From Gammaproteobacteria bacterium (lineage in GTDB: Bacteria; Pseudomonadota; Gammaproteobacteria; Ga0077536), in assembly GCA_963662545.2 (NCBI GenBank), contig CAXXLL010000003.1:1888001-1952000 (forward strand): 64,000 bases of DNA, in the 5' to 3' direction. The notes below the pieces were generated by a model that was not told the DNA's origin, did no database searches, and was given only the letters and a program-made list of their open reading frames with translations. Every line of letters starts with the position of its first letter. The first letter of the stretch is position 1. A program made the translations under genes and the position numbers. Of the stretch, positions 56,645 to 64,000 are shown in pieces.

Positions 56645-57109
56645 ATGAATTGGGACGCGACTGGAGCAATCGCCGACATAATCGGAGCAGCTGCGGTGGT
56701 AATAACGCTGGCATATTTGGCCGTGCAGATCCGTCAAAATACCAAAGCCGTGCGAGCATCCGCGCTCGACGCTAGCATCACTTCTTTTAACGGGGATCGA
56801 AGATCGATATACGAAAGCTCGGAACTTACACAAATATATATCCGAGGCATGGAAAACCACGAAAATCTTAGCGAGGATGAAATTCTCAGATTTCGACTAT
56901 TGATGCACAACAATATCTGGTGCGTTTGGAACATATATTCGCAAACTGAATTCGCTGGTCTTTCGCGTGGTACTTGGGAGGCGCAGAAGTCTCTTATCGT
57001 TCGAACTCTATCGGCCCCGGGCGGGGCTTGGTTTTGGCGAACATACAAGCACGAATTTGAAGGGTCATTTGAAAAGGAAATTGACCGAGTCCTACATGAA
57101 TCCACGTAG
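56645..57109 (+). CDS. Cassette: N-terminal-TM hypothetical protein (family A)
   Basis: MNWDATGAIADIIGAAAVVITLAYLAVQIRQNT...PGGAWFW. Confidence 0.8.
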   Translation: MNWDATGAIADIIGAAAVVITLAYLAVQIRQNTKAVRASALDASITSFNGDRRSIYESSELTQIYIRGMENHENLSEDEILRFRLLMHNNIWCVWNIYSQTEFAGLSRGTWEAQKSLIVRTLSAPGGAWFWRTYKHEFEGSFEKEIDRVLHEST

Positions 57110-57180
57110 ATTCACGACTGAAGCGGAACATCCGCCTAACAAATACATCAACCGGACGTGTTACAGGTGATCCCTACCTT

Positions 57181-57615
57181 CTAAGCGGGCGGCTTCATGT
57201 CCTCGGGCGCAACGTCACGGACGTGCTGGCCGAAGTACCAGTGATGCCCTTCTGGATCCTCGGCGCCGTAGCGTCGGTCGCCGTAAAACTGGTCCTGGGG
57301 TTCTTCGAGAATCGTCGCCCCCGCCCCCTTGGCGTGTTCGAAATGCTTGTCCACGTCGTCAACGTAGACGTAGAGTTGCTGAGTGACATGGCCGATTCGC
57401 TTGGGGTTCTGGTATTCCCGGCTGGGGCATCCGATCATGATGACCCCGTCGGCTAGCTCCATCTCCGCATGGTTGATCTTTCCGTCAGGCCCAGGAAGCC
57501 GCATGCGCTCCCGGAAGCCGGAGGCCTTGGCGAGCCAGTCCAGAGCGCTGGCAACGTCTTCATACAGGAGGTAAGGCGTGATGCGGGGCATGTTCTCCGG
57601 GGGATTCGCGGGCAT
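57181..57615 (-). CDS. Cassette (inverted): VOC/glyoxalase family protein
   Basis: ITPYLLYED, HAEM, DQFYGDR...DPEGHHW; GAGGAGG RBS. Confidence 0.9.
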   Translation of the reverse strand: MPANPPENMPRITPYLLYEDVASALDWLAKASGFRERMRLPGPDGKINHAEMELADGVIMIGCPSREYQNPKRIGHVTQQLYVYVDDVDKHFEHAKGAGATILEEPQDQFYGDRRYGAEDPEGHHWYFGQHVRDVAPEDMKPPA

Positions 57616-57680
57616 CAGATGTCCTCCTCGTGCGTCGGTCCGATACGTTTATCGTAACATCGGCCCCAGGGTCGCGCGCC

Positions 57681-57815
57681 ACCCAACAAGGGCATGCAGC
57701 TGACCGCCAACAGCGCGTTCCAATCGAGGTTTGGTAGCCTACGGGCATCAACCTTGGGTGCCTCAGCCACCGTCGGCGGCTTGTTGGCGGCAGCTGATGC
57801 CCATGTCCGTTAGGT
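57681..57815 (+). repeat. attC site, divergent 135-bp type
   Basis: ACCCAAC..GGCATGCAGCTGACCGCCAACA / TGTTGGCGGCAGCTGATGCC..GTTAGGT. Confidence 0.85.
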
Positions 57816-57831
57816 GGCAGCGGAGGTGGTG

Positions 57832-58455
57832 ATGGATCAGTCAGCTAAGCTTTGGGACAAAATAGCAGAACGCTATTCGAAACGACCTATCGCTGATGAA
57901 GCGGGTTACCAAAAAAAACTGCAGGTCACACGTGAATATTTTCGGTCGGACATGGAGGTATTGGAGTTTGGCTGCGGGACAGGGTCGACAGCCATCGCCC
58001 ATGCGCCTTATGTGAAGCATATTCAAGCGATTGATATCTCATCGAAAATGATTGAGATCGCCCGAGGCAAAGCTGACGCAAACAAAATCGAAAATGTCAC
58101 ATTTAGGCGCTCGACCATCGATGAATTGAGCATGAACGATCAAACCTTGGATGCAGTGTTGGGGCTCAGTATTTTGCACTTGCTGGACAACAAGGAAAAG
58201 GTAATCGCCAGGATTCACAAAATACTCAAACCGGGCGGCATTTTCGTCACAAGCACGGCGTGCATTGGAGATGCGATGAAGTTTTTTAAGATTGTCGCGC
58301 CGATTGGAAAATTCTTAGGTTTGATGTCGTTGGTCAAGGTCTTTACCACAAGAGAGTTGGAAGACAGTTTTACCGATGCCGGTTTTGAGATTGACTACCA
58401 ATCGCAACCGGGTAAAAACAAAGCAGTGTTTATAGTGGCGAAGAAGGTCGAGTAG
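57832..58455 (+). CDS. Cassette: class I SAM-dependent methyltransferase
   Basis: VLEFGCGTG, IDIS, LKPGG. Confidence 0.9.
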   Translation: MDQSAKLWDKIAERYSKRPIADEAGYQKKLQVTREYFRSDMEVLEFGCGTGSTAIAHAPYVKHIQAIDISSKMIEIARGKADANKIENVTFRRSTIDELSMNDQTLDAVLGLSILHLLDNKEKVIARIHKILKPGGIFVTSTACIGDAMKFFKIVAPIGKFLGLMSLVKVFTTRELEDSFTDAGFEIDYQSQPGKNKAVFIVAKKVE

Positions 58456-58503
58456 GAGCGATTAACTCCATATGCGGACATTGTGTTTACTTTAAAGAGT
58501 GCC

Positions 58504-58575
58504 ACCTAACAAATCGCTGCACGTGACGCCAAAACGCTTCGCGTTAATGTCGCAGGTGAGCTCAAGCCGTTAGGC
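58504..58575 (+). repeat. attC site, short 72-bp type
   Basis: ACCTAAC..GCTGCAC / GTGAGC..GTTAGGC. Confidence 0.8.
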
Positions 58576-58642
58576 GGCAATAAGAATTAGGCACTCACCT
58601 ACATTTAGCTAATCATACAATCCGAACCAGGGAGATCTCATT

Positions 58643-59077
58643 ATGGATATGGCGGAATTGGAACAGCGAATCACCCGACTCGAAGACATTGAGGCTATAA
58701 AGCAGCTCAAAGCTCTGTATTGCGAAATCTGCGACGACATGCACAACCCCGACAGAATCGCTTCGGTTTTTGCCGAAGATGCCATCTGGGAAAGCGCCGA
58801 TTTTGGCAAAGCCCAGGGCCATGACGCCATTCGCGAACTATTTCGTGGCTTCCAGAAGATGTTCAGTTTTTCTCAGCACAACATCATGAATCCGAGAATC
58901 GAAGTCAACGGGGACCGCGCTACAGGTATTTGGTACATCATGGGTCCATGGACGCATTCCGAAAATAACAGAGAGATCTGGATGACCGCGAGATATGACG
59001 ACGACTACGTGAAAATAGATGGCGAATGGAAATACCAACATTTAAGGGCAGCCGTTCGAATGATTGCCGATCGATGA
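58643..59077 (+). CDS. Cassette: SnoaL/NTF2-like protein
   Basis: LEDIEAIKQLKALYC..D, F.EDA.W, H...NP.I, Y.DDY. Confidence 0.85.
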   Translation: MDMAELEQRITRLEDIEAIKQLKALYCEICDDMHNPDRIASVFAEDAIWESADFGKAQGHDAIRELFRGFQKMFSFSQHNIMNPRIEVNGDRATGIWYIMGPWTHSENNREIWMTARYDDDYVKIDGEWKYQHLRAAVRMIADR

Positions 59078-59173
59078 GATGGCTACGGTAATAGAGGCCA
59101 AACACGCCGGTTATCCTAGCGTTAGGTCGCAGACCTTGATCATACTAAATACGGTATATGTACTTTATATAGT

Positions 59174-59455
59174 ATGTGGATAGTTTATGAGCATCGGCGG
59201 ATCAACAGAGCGGTAAAGTCCACCCCCGATGAAGTCCTGAAACGATATGAAAAATGGAAAGACATTTTAACGTTGTCAAGGCCGAAGGGACTTCGCCAAA
59301 TCAAGGGATTTCGAGACGAAGCTCTCAGCGGTGAATGGAAAGGCCATCGATCGTCAAGGCTCGGCCTTCAATACCGAGTCATATATAGGGTCGAAGCAGG
59401 TTCGGTGTTGGTATTTGTAATCGATCCGGTCGCCCACGATTACCGGAAGAAATGA
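59174..59455 (+). CDS. Cassette: RelE/YoeB-like toxin
   Basis: EALSGEWKGHRSSRL..QYRVIY, HDY. Confidence 0.82.
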   Translation: MWIVYEHRRINRAVKSTPDEVLKRYEKWKDILTLSRPKGLRQIKGFRDEALSGEWKGHRSSRLGLQYRVIYRVEAGSVLVFVIDPVAHDYRKK

Positions 59456-59456
59456 T

Positions 59457-59714
59457 ATGAAAGATTTCAAACGTGCAAAACGTCGGATTGAAGTGAGTGT
59501 AGGTGAGTCAGTGCGAATCCTCCGCGAGCTACAGAAAATGAGCCAAAACGAACTGTCCGCCGCGTGCGGTATTCCGCAGTCGACCATTTCGGCGATAGAG
59601 AACGATCGGATAAACCTAGGCGTTGAGCGTGCAAAACAGTTGGCACACGCCTTAAAGTGTCATCCGGCAATACTGGTATTTCCAGGATGGCAAATTGACG
59701 ATTATGCGGCTTAG
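59457..59714 (+). CDS. Cassette: XRE-HTH antitoxin
   Basis: LRELQKMSQNELS...QSTISAIEN. Confidence 0.88.
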   Translation: MKDFKRAKRRIEVSVGESVRILRELQKMSQNELSAACGIPQSTISAIENDRINLGVERAKQLAHALKCHPAILVFPGWQIDDYAA

Positions 59715-59726
59715 ATTTCCTAGCAA

Positions 59727-61423
59727 GTGTCCGTCCATAAACAGGCATTTTCTTCGATGGGCACGGAGAAATCGAGGTGTTGAAAGTAGGTTGTTGGAGC
59801 GGTAGCGGCGGTTCGGTGGGGGTCGAAGGGCTCTTCGAGCGTAATTGTGAGTACGTTCGCCGGCCGCAGAGCGCTGCAACCCAAAGTCGCCCGTTCGACG
59901 ATATCGAGGAGGTCAGTTAGTGCGAGTGAACGTCGCTATTCGAGTTGATAGCGCGCGAGCAGGCTGAGGTTGTAGGCGACCACAGAAGACCACACGTAGG
60001 CTTCGAAGTGCGGCAGGCTCTTCCAGGTGCAACGTGCCAATCCGTATGCACGCTTCAGGCAGGAGATACCGGCCTCGATGCCGGCGCGGAAGTTGCGCAA
60101 GCGTCGATAGACCCACTGACTCTTGACCATGTCGGCGATCGCGAGCCCGCGCTTCTTGTGGAAGGCAACGTCTTCGATGCCTTCTGCTTTCGCCGCCCGG
60201 AGATTGTCGAGGCTCGCATAGCCGCCATCGGCGGCGACCTGTCGTGGCATCGTCCCGTAGTGTGTTCGATGCCGTTCGAGCATCGGCATGAAGCGCTGAC
60301 TATCGACCGGATTGCCTCGCTCGATGACCACGTCGAGGATGAGGCCACTGCGCCCCGAAGCCAGATTGATTTTGTGTCCGTACTGAACGTCGCGCGCACC
60401 CTTTATGATGATGTCGGTATGCGGCTCGAACAAGCTCACGCACTTCTCGCTCGCGGGGACCTTCTCACCGCCGAACACCCGCCGCTCAGTTTGCGAAATC
60501 ACCTGCAGAACAAGTGTTTCGTAGTGCGCTACCTGCGCTAGCCAGTCCGGCAGTTCAACGCCGGTGACGCCCGGGCTCAGCAGCTGCTCACGTACCCTCG
60601 CTACCGCTTCCAAGGTTGAACGCGTCGCCCCAATCAAATCGCGATACAGACGTTGGCGTTGCTTCGCACCACGCGCATACCACAGCGCCCGCGCACGCTT
60701 CTTCGCCAATCGAGTGTGGTTCACGAAGCACAACTCCGGCGCGCCAGGCAACTCGCGCGCCTGTGCGAGCAGACGAACCACAACACGCACGCCATCCCAC
60801 AGCAGATGACTGTCGCTCGGCGCGTGGATGGCACTGTCCGTTACCGTGCTATCAATCCGTACACGCTGTGCCGGCTCAATGCGCGTCTCTTTCGCCGTCG
60901 CCAGCAGGGCGCGATGAATAGACTCCCACGTCGATACCTGGATCGCCGAGACCACCCGCTGTAAGGCAGACTTCTTCGGACGTTCATTACCCGGCAACCG
61001 GGCGAAGGCCTGAAAGCTCGCCGAGTCCTGCAGGTGAAAGGCCAGCTCCTCGTAACTCAATTGCCGGTGCTGCTTGAGCACCGCGCAGCGCAGCACCGAC
61101 TCCGCCGACAGTCCGCGTCGACCGGTGGGCTTCAAACCCCGCCGACACAGATCGTTCATGACCGGCGTGAGGACCTTGGGGTGAGCATCGAGCCACTCGG
61201 ACATGCCCTGCAGCTCTCGCCCCAGGTCATGGTCAGCAAACAGCTCGTATATACTCGCTTGGGCCGTGCGTTTCTGACGCATTCCCCCTCCTGTGGTGTC
61301 GATGATTGTGTGGAAAATCAGAGGTTTGAAGTTCCATTAGATCACGACCCACCGGAGGTTTCGATCCCTTAAGCGACAAATTTTCCTTTTTATTTCAACC
61401 GCATCGCGTTTAGGGATGCACAC
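59727..61423 (-). mobile_element. ISNCY/IS5-like IS, copy 2 (transposase 59936-61282)
   Basis: Same protein and length as copy 1; 6-bp duplication TAGCAA. Confidence 0.88.
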
Positions 61424-61648
61424 TAGCAAAGTGCAACGTCGACCTAACAAATGGATCAACCGGACGTATTACAGCGTGCTTGTTTGGGCCGGCGTCGCAT
61501 TTTCGTCCTAAAAGAGCCTGCTGTAACATGCAGGTTATCCTAGGTATATGGACCTCCCCTAAAATCAACACGCGTGTTTACATTTAATTGACTCCGGTTT
61601 GTATCTAACTCACGCCTTGAGGCCGACCGTTAAGGTTATCCTAGCGTT

Positions 61649-61795
61649 GAGGCGGTAGGATAAGTCCTTGCGAATAAATGCTCGGAAATTCGACCTTGTC
61701 AGATGCTCCGGAAGCGACGATCTCGGTTAGGGTAGAGGTTTTAGGATCCCCGAAATCAGCACATTTTCGGTCTACCGGACTTTTTCTACACCCTC
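61649..61795. mobile_element. 147-bp MITE inserted at the R' GTT of the last attC
   Basis: Imperfect IRs GAGGCGGTAGGATAAGTCC / GGACTTTTTCTACACCCTC; flanked by GTT on both sides, followed by GTTAGGT. Confidence 0.7.
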
Positions 61796-61911
61796 GTTAG
61801 GTGCCCCAGAAGAGTTTGACGGTAGATAGTTCGGGGTCAGCTTTTGCCTATCGCCAACTTTCGGGCGAATGGCAAGAACTGACTCCGCGATTCCCGACAA
61901 AGGAAGGCAAT

Positions 61912-63948
61912 ATGAATCGACTCGGCGACCAGACCAGCCCGTATCTACTGCAACATGCTGACAATCCGGTTCACTGGCAGCCATGGGATGACGAGGCACT
62001 GGCGCTGGCTAAGCGCGAGAAAAAGCCGATCCTGCTTTCCATCGGTTACTCCGCGTGCCATTGGTGCCATGTCATGGCCCATGAATCATTTGAAAGCGAG
62101 CGAATCGCTAGAGTAATGAACGAGCATTTCGTTAACATCAAGGTGGATCGTGAAGAACGGCCCGATCTCGATCGCATCTATCAGACGGCCCACCAAATCC
62201 TGACCCGCAAAGCTGGCGGTTGGCCGTTAACCATGTTTCTCGACCCCGACGACCATCTGCCGTTTTTCGGCGGGACATATTTCCCGCCACAGCCACGCGG
62301 GGGTATGCCGGGCTTCCCCGAAGTGCTAAAGGGCATTTCCAATGCCTTTGGTACCCAAAATGAAAAGATGGCCGACTTTAAAACGCAGCTTCGTGACACG
62401 CTCGCCCAAGCATTCAGCGGCAGCGCACCAGGCGAACTTGATAAAATGCTGGTCGATCGCGCCTGCGCTCAAATCGACGGCAGTTTCGATGAGCAACGTG
62501 GAGGTTTTAGCGAAGCACCAAAGTTCCCGCACCCGGCCGGACTCGAATTGCTACTTGACGCCGCGGCCGGAACCGACGAGGAAGAGCAATCGCAGCGGGC
62601 CTTGTACTTGCTCGATTTTACCCTGACGGCCATGTCGTACGGTGGTTTGTTTGACCACCTTGGCGGTGGCTTTTACCGGTATTCAGTCGATGCAGAGTGG
62701 ACCATTCCGCATTTTGAGAAAATGCTTTACGACAATGGCGCGTTGCTGTCGGTCTATGCGCGGCGTGCTGGACAAACCAACGCACCGTGGTTCCGCGAAG
62801 TTGCCAATCAGACTGCCGATTGGATAATGCGGGAAATGCAGCTCGACGACGGCGGTATCTGTTCCAGTTTGGACGCCGACTCGGAAGGCACAGAAGGCGA
62901 ATTCTATGTCTGGTCAATAGATGAAGTGCGCGAAGTTCTGGGCGATGACTATGATGTCTTCGCCGAGCGTTTTGGTTTGAAAACTAAGCCGAACTTCGAA
63001 CGCCGCTGGCACCTGCGCCTGGCTGCGCCGGAGGCCGCTTTATCGGATGGGCAAAAAAATCCGGTTGCGGACTTGGCAGCTGTACGCGCGCTTCTTTTCA
63101 ACGCGCGCGAGGCGCGCGTGCGACCGGGGCGCGACGACAAGATTCTAACCTCATGGAATGCCCTGAGTATTCGCGGACTGGCCGACATCGGGCAACAGTT
63201 GGACCGCGCCGATTGTCTTGCGGCGGCGACCCGCGCGGTCGATTATTTGCATGAAACACACTGGCGAAATGACCGTCTTCTAGCGACCAGTCGCGACGGT
63301 CAGGCCCATCTGAACGCTTATCTCGATGATTACGCTTTTCTGATTGATGCCCTGCTCGTACTGCTTTCCGCGCGTTGGCGAGACCGTGATCTGACCTTCG
63401 CAATCGCTCTTGCCGACGCCCTGCTCGAGCACTTTGAAGACCGCCAGCACGGCGGCTTCTTCTTCACTTCTGATGATCACGAAATCCTTATTCAACGCAG
63501 CAGGTCGTTTGGCGATGACTCGCTTCCTTCCGGCAACGGCATTGCCGCGCGCGCGTTGTTGGAGCTCGGATATTTGATCGGGGAATCGCGCTATCTGGAT
63601 GCTGCAGAACGCGCCTTGCGAGCCGGCATAAACGATGCAGGACGCTGGCCGTCGGCGCACGCCACACTTATGTGTGCACTGCTCGATTACACCACGCCGC
63701 CGCCGCGTGTAATTCTACGTTGCGGCGAAGACGCGGACGCCACTGCATGGTTGACTATGGCGGCCGAACGACTCTCCGTTCGATCACGCTGCTACCTTAT
63801 ACCCAGTGATGCCAATGCCTTGCCTGGCCTGTTAACGAGCCGCAGTGCGCAGGAAGGAGCGGCGGTGACCGCCTATTTTTGCAGCGGTCACCAGTGCAGC
63901 GCACCGGCGACCAGCCTCGAAGAATTTACAGAAAGCCTGGGAAACTGA
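61912..63948 (+). CDS. Thioredoxin-domain protein (YyaL/SPATA20 family)
   Basis: MNRL...[46 protein letters not shown] before ATG 61912. Confidence 0.92.
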   Translation: MNRLGDQTSPYLLQHADNPVHWQPWDDEALALAKREKKPILLSIGYSACHWCHVMAHESFESERIARVMNEHFVNIKVDREERPDLDRIYQTAHQILTRKAGGWPLTMFLDPDDHLPFFGGTYFPPQPRGGMPGFPEVLKGISNAFGTQNEKMADFKTQLRDTLAQAFSGSAPGELDKMLVDRACAQIDGSFDEQRGGFSEAPKFPHPAGLELLLDAAAGTDEEEQSQRALYLLDFTLTAMSYGGLFDHLGGGFYRYSVDAEWTIPHFEKMLYDNGALLSVYARRAGQTNAPWFREVANQTADWIMREMQLDDGGICSSLDADSEGTEGEFYVWSIDEVREVLGDDYDVFAERFGLKTKPNFERRWHLRLAAPEAALSDGQKNPVADLAAVRALLFNAREARVRPGRDDKILTSWNALSIRGLADIGQQLDRADCLAAATRAVDYLHETHWRNDRLLATSRDGQAHLNAYLDDYAFLIDALLVLLSARWRDRDLTFAIALADALLEHFEDRQHGGFFFTSDDHEILIQRSRSFGDDSLPSGNGIAARALLELGYLIGESRYLDAAERALRAGINDAGRWPSAHATLMCALLDYTTPPPRVILRCGEDADATAWLTMAAERLSVRSRCYLIPSDANALPGLLTSRSAQEGAAVTAYFCSGHQCSAPATSLEEFTESLGN

Positions 63949-64000
63949 TTCTAAAGATAAGTTACGTGCCAGCGAATCTCTACCAGTCATTATTTGCGAC

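Noticed and set aside
58643-59077. LinA dehydrochlorinase or bile-acid dehydratase call
   Set aside because: Only fold-level SnoaL/NTF2 motifs are visible; substrate cannot be assigned
61801-63948. YyaL-like gene as the last cassette, with its start at 61801
   Set aside because: It is a conserved chromosomal-type gene with a good RBS at ATG 61912; no attC is visible in the 52 bp left before the window ends

Overview
Gammaproteobacterial chromosome window in three parts. (1) 1-27.2 kb is mostly core genes: prlC, a LemA/GIDE pair, a Fur-box-led bfr-bfd-porin-FMN-bind-PepSY iron module, moeB-prmC-prfA-hemA, TPR-lolB-ispE-tRNA-Gln-prs-rplY-pth-ychF, 6S RNA-zapA, ygfB-pepP-ubiH-ubiI-purC and a class I fba. 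A few palindromic MITE/REP-like insertions lie between these genes. (2) About 27.2-61.8 kb is an integron cassette array with no integrase in the window. It has about 27 attC sites (mostly a 110-bp host type) and about 26 cassettes, roughly 11 of them toxin-antitoxin pairs, and it is invaded by 13 IS copies from 7 families. Most of these IS sit at family-specific positions in or next to attC. The IS110 copy has a readable bridge-RNA-like 5' end whose guide segments match the attC site it inserted into. Many cassettes carry an IS30-end-like 26-27 bp spacer that starts at the stop codon and runs to attC. Together with IS+attC units recurring behind unrelated genes, this suggests (as a hypothesis) an IS-assisted route of cassette formation. 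(3) 61.9-64 kb is a thioredoxin-domain YyaL/SPATA20-like gene. All product calls come from motif recognition by eye; no database searches were run.
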